Origin: the human T2T-CHM13v2.0 reference genome, Homo sapiens
DNA: 64,000 bases
Assembly (NCBI RefSeq): GCF_009914755.1
Contig: NC_060942.1
Strand: one strand, 5' to 3'
A program made the translations under genes and the position numbers. The notes beneath the pieces are model-generated. The model saw nothing but the letters and a program-made list of their open reading frames with translations. It was not told the origin of the DNA and did no database searches. Shown here piece by piece: positions 13,266-25,600 of the stretch (the stretch's first letter is position 1; the number at the start of each line of letters is the position of its first letter).

Positions 13266-15036
13266 GACAATGATTTTAAGAAAAACATATGCTTTACATT
13301 TCAATCCACAATTTCTGACACAGGTTGAAATGTCTTAGAGTCTAGCTAGGGTTGTAGTAATGGGATACAGGAAGATGAAACTTTAAGTAGTTTAGAATAG
13401 CTGTGCAGGGTTTGCAATATAACAATGTTAATAAACAGAGTAAGTTCCACTTACATGCCAAAGTCATTTTAACCAGTATTAAAAAGTATAGTTAAGATAC
13501 ATTTATGTTAACACAGGAACATATATACCAAGACAAAGAACTTTATAAATACACCATATACCAATTATACCATAGTGTAATTCAACGTACCATTTTTATG
13601 TAGAATGCTATATTTACATATTTATAAGATATAAATAAATCATACATTAATAAAACTTATGTATATGTATATTCATATGATATAAATCATATAACTAATA
13701 TATATTTTATATTTATGTGTAAATTTATATTTACTAAATTTATATTACTATACTTTAGTAGAATTAGAATTAATATAAATATGGTATATAGTATAGAATG
13801 ATTTGTTATATAAAGTAATATGTGCATTTATGTGGAATATATATGGTACATTGATATTTTACTTTTTCTTTATTTCCATCGGAACATTTATCCTTTCCTT
13901 GGGCATCTTCATGAGATCTCTAAAAAATTACTTCTTTTCTCTCCTTCCTTTATTTCCATTACCAACTTTTTAAAAAGATCATTAAAAAAATTATTAAAAG
14001 TCACTCTGTCGTCTTATATTACATTGTAATTTAACAAGAAAGAGAAAGCCTATTTAACTAACACTTTAATGTTTCTCAAATGTATATATCCACTTAATTC
14101 TGTTTTTAAACTCAAAAATCAGAAATCTACATATATAAGCTACACCTGATTTTTAGCAGACACCACTTTGAGAAACACTGCTTCAAATTTATTAAATCCT
14201 CAGGAATAAAAGTAACTTTCTCAAGAATAATCAGTAGAGAATATCAAGGATTTTATCTCCTGAGTTTTGAATTAGGTTACTACTGAACTTTCATAAATGT
14301 TTGATTTCAGACCTCATTTTCTGGACTTATATTTTTACTAGAAAATTAAATGGCACTGAACTTTCATTTGAACCAAAAACTAATCTTTAGTTTCTTCTCA
14401 CTGAAAGGAGAAGAAGTTAAGTAATATCATACCTTTTCATGCTTTCCTTTGATTATAATTAAACTACTTTCTTTGTGTATCTTTGTGAGACTTTTAAGAG
14501 ATTATTTCTGTTTTCTAGTTTTCTCATTTAAAATATAAAGTTTAAATAAATCACAAGATTTTTAGAAATTATTGTGGGATTATATACTAAATTTCAACAA
14601 GGCAAATAAGAGGAAACCTATATGAGTATAATCTGACATTCACTAATTTTAAATAACTGAGGAGAATGTAATCTGAATTAGTTACACCAATCTTAAGTCA
14701 TAGCCTTTCTTTTAAAAAACATTTTAATTCATATTAACTGCAATTAGTAATGGATGATTTCACAACAAATTACAAATAAAGGTACCATTCAGTGTGCTTT
14801 AGTAAATGAGTATTTTAAAATGTCAACCTTAATTTAGATTCGATAAAACCGTTACATTTTTATTTAAATTAGTTGAAATTAGTTGGCTTTCTTAGGCCTA
14901 ATCGCTCTTTCTCACAAAATTATTTTTCTTTATAAACACAGTGGTAGATTAAAGATACCACAAATTCTTTGTGAATCTTTCCATGGAGGAATGCTCAGTG
15001 TCATGGTACATTCTGCAGGAGTTGAGCCTACTTGTG

Positions 15037-16798
15037 AGAAGTACAGCTACATCAAGATAAGGTGCTGCTATAACAAATACCGAAAAATATGGAAGTGGCA
15101 TTGTAACAGGTAAGTGGGAGTAGGCAGGGAGAATTTGGAAAAGCCTATCAGTAGAAGTTTAGATTGCCTTGAACAGAATGCAAGAAGAAAAATGGATGGC
15201 GAAGTTCTTGCTAGTGAGGGCTCTGATGGAAGTCAGATATTTATTATTGAAAATTGTCACAAAAGGAATCTTTGTTATATGGTTTCAGAATGCTTCGAAA
15301 AAAAATTGTGCCCTATAGTGCTTTCAAAAACAACATTTATAAGAAATGGACATAGATATTTAGCTCAGAAGATTTTCAAAATTATGAAAATGTTATTCAT
15401 AGTAAAGTGGGAAAGAATAGAGACTAATGGAGGGAAAACTGTTAAACAAAAAGGAAGCAGAACTTGATAATTTGAGAAATTTTCAGTCTATCCATATGGC
15501 AAAAAAGACTAAAATTAAGAGACTGCTTCAGAAAGTGTGACATAGAGAAAAACCTGAGTATGTGGCAATACAATATTTTTTTAACCAGCAGAAACATCAA
15601 TATAGGTCAGAGTACTCTTCACGCAAAATGCTCTTTGAAAACATTAACTGTAGTGACCCACAGATCCTCTCAATGAAACCAGAGGCTCTCTAGGTATTTT
15701 AAGGGTATATCACTCTTTTCATCAGAAGTCAAGAGTAAAGAAGGGATTATCTAAGAAAGGTCTGTGGAGGAGTCTTTTTCTAATACAGTTATCCCTTGTT
15801 GAGTCTATGCAAAACTCACAAGTTTCTTGATATTTTTATATCAGCAGAAAGATTGCTAGCTTAGACTTTAAAGGACAAGCCAAATATTAAGTGAAGATTT
15901 CTGGGCCACCAAATTTCGACTGACAAGAAGCAGTCTGATATAACTAGCAAGCTGCAAACATGTGCCTATGTTCATGAAAAAGGGAGCATGACTCAGGGTT
16001 GAGTTGAGAACTCAGAAGACTGAACTTAGAGCCATGTGGGTGGAACGAAAGCCAAGGAGGTCCATTTTCTTGCCTAGATACTTAGTGAAGTTTGTATGGC
16101 TACATTTCAAAATAGTTTTGGATCGGTGACCCCTTTTTCCTTGCATTTCTCCTCCTTTTGAACCAGAGTATCTACCATTGTTATGTTTTTTCTGTCTCAC
16201 CATTATATGTTAGGAGTCTTGTGAGCAGATAATCTGTTTCCCTAGGTTCAAAGGCCTACAGATGGTGAGAAATGGCTAACTACAATTACTTTTGCACCAA
16301 CCTAAGATTTTGAACTTTGAGCTAATGCTATAATGTGGCTTTTTGGGACCTTGGGAAGTAATATGGTTTGGCTGTGTCCCCACCCAAATCTCATCTTGAA
16401 TTTTTAGTTCCCATAATCCCCACGTGTAGTGGGAGGGACCTGGTGGGTAGTGATTGGATTGGATCATGGGAGCAGTTTCCCCCATGCTGTTCTCATAATG
16501 GTGAGGGAGTTCTCATGAGATCTGATGGTTTTATAAGCATCTGGCATTTCCCCTGCTTTCACTTCTCTCTGCTGCTACCTTAAGAAGAAGGTGCCCTGCT
16601 TCCCCTTTGCCTTCCACCATGATTGTAAGTTTCTTGAGGCCCTCCCAGCCATGTGAAACTCTGAGTCAATTAAACCTCTTTCCTTTATAAATTACCCAGT
16701 CTCAGGTATTTCCTCATAGCAGTGTGAAAATAAACTAATACAGGAAGGGATAAATATATCTTTTATTTGAGAGAGATGTGGATCATGGGGGTCAGGGA
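15037..16798 (+). mobile_element. MaLR internal region (MLT1-int), non-coding relic
   Basis: GGTGCTGCTATAACAAATACC...GGAAGTGGCATTG at the start; TTTTGAACTTTGAGCTAATGC and a purine-rich PPT-like stretch before the next LTR. Confidence 0.75.
16359..16742 (+). mobile_element. THE1C/D-like solo LTR
   Basis: ATATGGTTTGGCTGTGTCCCCACCCAAATCTCATCTTGAATT...CTAATACA. TSD GGAAG at 16354-16358 and 16743-16747. Confidence 0.92.
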
Positions 16799-16911
16799 GT
16801 AGAGTTCAGTAGTGAGGATTTTGGCCCCATGAACTTTGCACACTGGTATCATGTTAATGAATATGTTATGTTACATGCCAAAAAGGACTTTTCAGACGTA
16901 ATTAAGGTTAC

Positions 16912-17747
16912 TATGTTCTTTTCCTAGCTTCCTATAACAAATGACTACAAACCTAGTTGCCATAACAAATTAACATAAATTTTGTGGCTTAAAACGATAG
17001 AAATGTATTCTCCCAGTCCTGGAGACTACCTGTTTGAAGTCAATGTTTTGGTAGGATCATAGGGCCTTTGAAGGTTCTAGGAAAAATCCACTTTTCTTTT
17101 TTTTTTTCCTAGATTCTGGTTGCTGGCAATCCTTCGTTTTCTTTGGCTTGCAACTGCAACTCTTCATCTCTGCCTTGGTTGTCACATGGCCTTCTCCATT
17201 CTGTGTCTGTCTGTGTCTGTGTGTCCTCTACCCTTCTCCTAAAAACAACAGTTATATTGACTTTAGGGTATGCCCTAATTCCATGTAACCTCATCTTAAC
17301 TTTACTAATTATGTCTGCAAAGGTTGTGTTTCTCTCTGCTCTGGTTGCTATAACAAAATACCATAGACTGGGTGACTTTAACAAAAAACATTTATTTCTC
17401 ATAGTCTGGAGGCTGGAAGTCCAAGATCACGGTGCCTACAGATTTGATTATTGGTTTGGGCTCATTTCCTAGCTGCTTTCTTGTTTTATCCTCCCAAGGC
17501 AAGAGACAGAGCTCTGATCTCTTCCTCCTCTTAAAAGGAGGGCTCACCCTCGTGGCTGCATCTCAGCCCAGTTACATCCCAAGGACCCTGCCCCAAAATA
17601 CCATTACATTAGGCATTAAGGCTTCAATGCATGCATTTTGTGGGGAAAAAAAATCCTGTCCATAACAGGACTTATTTCCAAATAAGATTACATTCTGTGG
17701 TTCTGGGCGGACATTAATATTGAAAAGGCATTATTTAAAGCAGTACA
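16912..17747 (-). mobile_element. MLT1C-like LTR split by MLT1A
   Basis: Antisense MLT1B/C motifs (CTGGTTGCTGGCAATCCTT, TATTTCCAAATAAG). TSD GTTAC at 16907-16911 and 17748-17752. Confidence 0.8.
17325..17667 (-). mobile_element. MLT1A/MST-like LTR
   Basis: GTTGCTATAACAAAATACCATAGACTGGGTG...GGAGGCTGGAAGTCCAAGATC...CCATAACA. Confidence 0.8.
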
Positions 17748-18796
17748 GTTACTAATAAATTGATCTTAAAATAGGGAGATTTCCTAGATTACCTGCATGA
17801 GGGGAGGGTTCCAGGTCATATCATAAACCCCTGATAGCAGAGAAAAGCAGAGCTTTCACCCAGTCGAGGGTAGAGGAGCAAGTCAGAGAGATTTAGCATG
17901 AGAGAATGCTATGGAGATTTTAAATGCCTTTGCTGGCCTAGGGACACATGCAAGACATGAGAAGGAAGTAAATTATTTTGAAAAGCTGAATAAAAATGGC
18001 AGTAAATTCTCCCCTAAATCGTCCAAATAAGAGCTCAGTCCAACTGACACCTTGATATTGGCCTTGTAAGACCATAAGTATATTACTGATTAAGCCTCCC
18101 TGGAAGTTTGACTTATACCACAGTAATATAATAAATATTTCTGTGTTACACTGTTAAATGTATGATTACTTGTTATGGCAGCAATGAAAAATTAATACAC
18201 TCTTCTTCACAGAAGTATTATTTTATAAACAATGCAGTAAATAGAAGAGGATCACGCATTCTGTATAATCTTCCCATTGAGAAACTCTCAACGGAATGCT
18301 TATTTTGAGAGAAATACCCTTCATGCTGGAAATCTACATTGAGATGACCACACCATAAAAAAACAAAGTGACACGGAGAGACCTGGAGAATGAGACACCA
18401 GGCAAAAAGAGAGGCCAGAGAGTCTTAAAGAATCAAAAATATGAAAGACAGAGCTATCTTGGAAGTAGAGACTTCATCCTTAGCTACGTCAGTAGATGCC
18501 TGGTAGGTCAGTCAGAAACCATGTAGATGAGCCTTTCTATGAAATGCCAAGCAAAATCATGGGTTGATTTAAGCCCTAAGTTTTGGGTAGTTTGTTATGC
18601 AGCAATAGATAACAGAAACAACCCCTCCTTTCTCAGGCAACTAACAGTTATCTGAAGCTATACTCATGATCTGATTTACACTTTTACATGACATAATTCA
18701 TCTGTACTTTGTTCTTCTTTCTCAGAGATCTATTTTATGATTGTTCAAGGTTACTTAAGTCACCTTCCACTTATACAAATATCTTTGGGACATAAT

Positions 18797-19299
18797 GTTG
18801 GGAGATAATTTTTTATAATTTTAGCCATTTTGCAAATCTTCTGGGAAAAAGGGTATTACAAGAATTATTGCATAACAGAAAGCTTTAAAAGTTATAAATA
18901 GTGTCTCCCTAAAGATAGACACCTGAGAATATGATAAGCCATAGAGCCCTACTTTTCTCTCCTTGGAAATATTTGCTTACATTCCAGGGTAATAAGGGTA
19001 CTGACAGTTTTCTCTTCCCTAGAGGAGATTTGCTGAATAAGCATTTCTCTTTCTCTGGAGAGGAGGATGGGCAGAAGTGCTAGTTGCCTTATATAAACTG
19101 GGTCTGCTGACTTCAGAGTTCCTTTCCTGTGGCAATACCCACTGCATATTCAGGGAAATATCTGGCCCTCACCACATTACCCAATTAGTATGGTGGTTTA
19201 GGAAATCAAAACTAAGGTATTGCTCTGACTACTGCATTTTGCTCTGAGTAATAAAATTCCTGTCTGTCTGATTCAGGAAGAATCATTTCTTCTGTTAAA

Positions 19300-19344
<45 letters not shown>

Positions 19345-19410
19345 CGCATGTATGTGAAATGTGCAAGCTAACTTGTTAGATTGCACCTTGTACCTTTCAC
19401 AGTCTCTGAT
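18797..19410 (+). mobile_element. ERVL solo LTR (LTR40-like)
   Basis: Starts TGTTGGGAGATAATT, has TATATAAA at ~19090 and GAGTAATAAA at ~19246, and ends GCTAACTTGTTAG...TTCACAGTCTCTGA. Confidence 0.65.
19303..19346. repeat. (TG)17(CG)5 compound microsatellite
   Basis: Counted from the sequence. Confidence 0.95.
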
Positions 19411-21890
19411 TTAATGCCAAGGTAGCCCACCCTACCATAATTGACTAAGTCAGTGTAATTCTAACTACCCACATACATTCTGATCTTTGTTAAATAAGTT
19501 TTTCTTACAACATAGTATATCTTAAATAGGAAAAATAAATAGCATGCAAAAATGTTCACCTTCTATAATACTTTTCAATTATAAAGCCACAATTCTAATC
19601 TATATTTTGTAGTCCCTTAGCCATACCTGTCTGTTGAATGCGATCTTACATTATATATCTTCTCATCTTCCATGTCAGACATCACATAGATATTTTTCAT
19701 TTCTTAATATATAGCATTGTCCAATACCTACTCACAACCCAAGTTCTTGTATAAACTAATATCACTTTGAAATGCTCCTCTTTCTCCTTCTCTTAATTTA
19801 CTCCATTTTAACTCCTTAGAATTTTTTAAAAGTAGGTGGAGCAAGATGACTGAATAAAAGCCTCCATGGTTTGTCCTCCCTGCAGGGACACCAAATTTAA
19901 CAATCATCTACACAAAAAAAGCACCTTCACGAGAACCAAAAATCAGGTGCATGGTCACAGTACCTTGTTTTAATTGCATAACACTGAAAGAGGCACTGAA
20001 GAGGATAGAAAAAAAACAGTCTTGAATTGCTGACAACACCCCTGTGCCATCCCCCAGCAGCAACAGTGTGGCATGGAGAATCTGTGCATTTGGGGGAGGG
20101 AGAATGCAGTGAATGTGGGGCTTTGCATTGAAACTCAGTGCTGCCCTGTCACAGCAAAAAGAAACACCAGGCAAAACTCAGCTGACTCCCGTGGAAAGAA
20201 CATTAAGACCATCCTAGCCAGAGCAGAACTGTCCATCTCAGAGAGTTTCAGCAAGCTTAGCCACTGTGTGCTAAAGAGCTGTGTGGTTCTAAATAAACTT
20301 GAAAGTCTAGCCCACAGGGACTATAACGTTTAGGCATAACATAGTGCTGTGCTGGGCTCAGAGCAAGTGAACTTTGGGGGCAGGTTATCTAGTGAGACAC
20401 CAACCAGGGCAGCCAAGGGAGTGCTTACACCACCTCTCCCCCAACCCCAGGCAGCACACTTAACAGCTCTAAAGGAGATACTTTTCTTCCACTTCAGGAG
20501 AGGAGAGGGAAGAATAAAGAGGACTTTGCCTTGTAGTTTAGGTCCTAGCTCAGCCACAGTGGAATAAAGTACCATGCCGGCTCTTAGGGTCACCAATACC
20601 AGGTCTTGGGCCCTTGGATGGCATTTATGGAACTGCCCTGGGCCAGAGAAGAGCCCACTGCCCTGAAAGGTGAGTCACAAGCCTGACAGCATTCACCACA
20701 AGCTGACTGAAGAGCCCTTGGGCTTTTAGTGAATGTCAACTGTAATCTGGCAGTACTCCCCGTGAGCCTGTTGTGGTGGCCATGGAGAGAGACTCCTCTG
20801 CCTGTGAAAAGGGGAAGGAACAGTGGGGAGGACTTTGCCTTGTGGCTTGGGAGCCAGCTCAGCTGCAATACAATAGAGTGTCGGGTAGATTCCTAAGGTT
20901 TCTGACTCCAGGACCTGGCTCCTAGATGGCATCTCTGGACACACCCAGGACCCTAGGTGAAAGTGATGTCCTGAAGGGAGGGACACAGTCCTGACTGGCT
21001 TGACCAGAGGCTGACCATAGAGCCACAAGGCCTTGAGAAAATATAGGTGGTAGGCAGGTGGTAGGCAGGTGGTTACAGAAGGCCTTGGGCAAGGCCCAGT
21101 GCTATGCTGGCTTCAGGTCTGACCCAGCATATTCCCAGTGGGGTGGCCACAGGGGTGCTCATTTTAACCTTCCCTCAGCTCCAGGAAGCTCAGAACAGAG
21201 AGAGAGAGAAAGAGAGAGAGACTCTGTTTGTTTGGAAGAAAGTAAGTGACAGATCAAGAGTCTCTGCCTGGTCATTTCAGATAATTCTTTTGGATATTAT
21301 TCAAGACCACAAAGATGGTAATTCTATGGGTCTGCAAATGCCACAGGGTACTGGGCATGGGGTGCCCCTAATGCATATATGGTTTCAGTGACCTAAAACT
21401 TAGATTACAACACAAAAGTCCCTTTGAATACCTGAAAAGCCCTAACAAGAAGGATGAGTAGACACAATAATAGACTGCAAAGACTAAAGTAAATACTTAT
21501 TTAAGGTTCAGACACCAACAAACATCTATAAGCATTAAGACCATCCAGGAAAATATGACATCCCCAAACAAACTAAATAAGGCACCAGGGACAAACTCTG
21601 GAAAGACAAAAATATGCAATCTTTCAGACAGAGAATTCAAAACAGCTGTTTGGAAGAAGTTCAATAAAATTCATAATAACACACGATTCTGAATGTATTC
21701 AGAATCATATCAGATAAATTTAATGAAGAGATAATTTAAAATAATTGAAAACAATTGAGCAAAAACTCTGGCATTGAAAAATGCATGAGACATACTGAAG
21801 AATACATTAGTGTTTCTTAATAGCAGAATTAATCAAGCAGAAAGAAAAAACTGTGAGCTTGAAGACAGGCTATTTGAAAATACACAGCCA

Positions 21891-21930
21891 GTCTATGGTT
21901 ATACCACTCTTAACGCTTATGATCTCATTT
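21891..21930 (+). pseudogene. Tailless, 3'-truncated 5S rRNA retropseudogene (nt 1-40)
   Basis: GTCTATGGTTATACCACTCTTAACGCTTATGATCTCATTT aligns ungapped to human 5S GTCTACGGCCATACCACCCTGAACGCGCCCGATCTCGTCT (29/40, mostly C>T changes) from nt 1. TSD GAAAATACACAG(C/T)CA at 21876-21890 and 21931-21945. Confidence 0.85.
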
Positions 21931-21952
21931 GAAAATACACAGTCAGAGGAAA

Positions 21953-22650
<698 letters not shown>

Positions 22651-25600
22651 GGAAACAACAACAAAAAAATAAATAAAAAGGGATAAAGCATGCCTACAAG
22701 ATCTAGAAAATAAACTCAAAAGGGCAAATCTAAGAGGTTTTGGTCTTAAAGGGAAGGTAAAGAGAGAGAGAGGTTCAAAGTTTATTCAAAGGGTTAGTAA
22801 CAGAGAATTTTACAAACCTAGAGAAAGATATCAGTATTCAAGTACAAAAAGGTTATAGAACAATAAGCAGATTTAACCCAAGGAAAACTACCTCAAGCTA
22901 TTTAATAATCAAATTTCCAAATGTCTAGAATAAAGCAAGTATCCTAAAAGCAGTAACAGAAAGAAAACAAATAACATACAATGAAGCTCCAATACCTCTG
23001 GCAGCAGACTTGTCAGTGGAAACCTTACAGGCCAAGAGAGAGCGGCATGACATATTTAAAGTGCTGAAGGAAAAAACTTTTACCCCAGAATTGTATATTC
23101 AGCAAAAAACATCCTTCAAACATGAAGGAGAAGTAAAAATTTTCTCAAACAAAGAAAAAAGAAAGCTGCGATTTCATCAACATCAGACCTATCCTACAAG
23201 AAATGCCAAAGGAAGTTTTTTTTTTTCAATCTAAATGAAAACATTGTTAATGAGCAATAAGAAATCATCTGAAGGTTAAAAACTTCTGGTAATAGTAAAC
23301 ACACAGAATATTATAACACTGTAATTGTGGTGTATAAACTTCTCATACCTTAATTAGAAAGACTAAAAGATGAACTGATTCCAAATAATAACTACAATAA
23401 CTTTTCAAGACATAGTATAAGATAGGAACACATAAATAGAAAGAACAAAAAGTAAAAATGAGAGGACAAAGAGTTAAAGTGTAAAATTTTTATTAGTTTT
23501 CTATTTGCCCATTTGCTAGTTTGTTCATGCAATCAGTGTTGTCATCAATTTGAAATAATGGATTATATGATATTATTTGCAAGGCTCTCATGGTAACCTC
23601 AAATCAAAAACAATACAAAAGACACACAAAAAATAAAATGCAAGAAATTAAAACATACCACCAGTGAAAATCACCTTCACTGAAAAGAAGACAGAAAGGA
23701 AGGAAAGAAGGAAGAGAAGACCAAAAAACAACCAGAAAACAAATAACAAAATGCAGGAGTAAGTCCTCACTTATCAATAATACCAGTGAATGTAAAATGA
23801 AATAAACTTTCCTATCAAAAGACATAGACTGGCTGAATAGATAAAAACAAGACTCAACTGATTTGTTGCCTACAAGAAGCACACTACACCTATAAAGGCA
23901 CACATGGATGGAAAATAAAGGGATGGGAAAAGATATTTCATGCCAATGGAAACAAAATGGAGTAGGAGTCGCTATACTTATATCAGACAAAATAGATATC
24001 AAGACAAAGTCAATAAGAAGAGACAAAGAAAGTCACCATATAATGATAAAAAGGTCAATTAGCCAAGACAATATAACAGTTTTAAATATATATGCACCCA
24101 AGACATGAACACACAGATATATAAAGCAAAATATACTGGAGCTAAAAAGAGAGATAAACTGCAATACAGTAATAGCTGCAGACTTCGACATCCTATTTTC
24201 GACATTGGCCAGATCGTCCAAGAGACATTACAACTGATAACACAGAAATTCAAAGGATCATTAGATGCTAATATTAACAACTATATGTCAATAATTTGGA
24301 AAATCTAGAAGAAATGGGATAATTCCTAGACACATACAACCTACTGAAACCGAACCATGAAGAAATCCAAAACCTGACAGACCATTAACAAGTAAGCAGA
24401 TGGAAGCTATAATAAAAAGTGTCCCACCAAAGAAAAGCCCAGGACCCAGTAGTCTAAGTGCTGAATTTGACCAAAATGTAAAGATTAAGTAGTACTAATT
24501 CTACTCAAACTATTTCAAAAAATAGAGGAAGAGGGAATATTTCCAAAGTCATTCTACAAGGTCAGTATATTATCCTGATACCAAAACTAGACAGACACAA
24601 CAAAAAAACGAAAACTACAGGTCAATATCTCTGATGAACATTGATGCAAAAATCCTCAACAAAATATTAGCAAACCAAATTCAACAACACATTAAAAAGA
24701 TAATTCATCATGGCCAAATGGGGTTTATCCCAGTGATGTAAGGATGGTTCAGCACAGGCAAACCAATCAATGTGACTCCTTGATTGTCACATTATATTAA
24801 CAGCTCGAAGGATAAAAACAATATACTCATTTCAGTTGATGCTGTAACAGCTTATATTAAAATTCCACATCTCTTCACTATAAAAACCCTCAAAACACTG
24901 GGTATAGAAAGAGCATACCTCAACATAATGAAAGCCATATACAACAGACCCACAGCTAGTATTATTCTAAATGGGGAAAAACTAAAAGCCTTTCCACTAA
25001 GACCTGGAACATAACAAGGATGACACTTTCACCATTGTTATTCAACACGGTGCCGAAAATCCTAGCTAGTGCCCTCAAACAAGAGAAAGAAATAAAAGGC
25101 ATCCAAATTGGAAAGGAACAAGTCAAATTATCCTTGTTTACAGATAATATTATTTCATATTTTGAAAGACCTAAAGAAGACAGAAGAAAACTATTAGAAC
25201 TGATAAATTCAGTAAAGTAAAAGACATAAACTTAACATATAAAAATCAGTACCATGTCTATATAACAACAGTGAGAAAACTGAAAAATCAAGAAGGTAAT
25301 TTCATTTACAATAGCCCCAAATAAAGTAAAATACATAGGAAAGGGGAAGATCTCTATAAAGAAAACTATAAGATGCTGATGAAAGAAATTGAAGACACCA
25401 AAAAAATGGAAAGATATTCCATGTTCACTAATTGGAAGAATAAATATTGTATATTAAATATTGTAAAAGTGTACATACTACCCAACACAAATTCAAAGCA
25501 ATCTCCATCAAAATATCAATGATAAAATATATATGGAACCACAAAAGACTAGGAATAGCAAAGCTATTCTGAGCAAAAAGGGCTTGGCTGGTGAAATCAC

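Larger units (their letters stand above)
16805..18198 (+). mobile_element. MLT1D/E-like 3' LTR split by MLT1C
   Basis: GAATATGTTATGTTACATGCCAAAAAGGACTTTTCAGACGTAATTAAGGTTAC resumes at 17753 and ends TTGTTATGGCAGCAATGAAAAATTAATACA. Confidence 0.75.
14940..18620 (+). mobile_element. Outer MLT1F/G/H-like LTR split into ~14940-15036 and ~18200-18620 by nested MaLR elements
   Basis: 5' GTGGTAGATTAAAGATACCACAAATTCTTTG and 3' GTTTTGGGTAGTTTGTTATGCAGCAATAGATAACAGAAACA. That the two pieces are one LTR is inferred. Confidence 0.55.

Noticed and set aside
15114-15467. 117-aa ORF as a possible domesticated retroviral gene
   Set aside because: Starts at GTG within decayed MLT1-int and is flanked by stops; no evidence of preservation.
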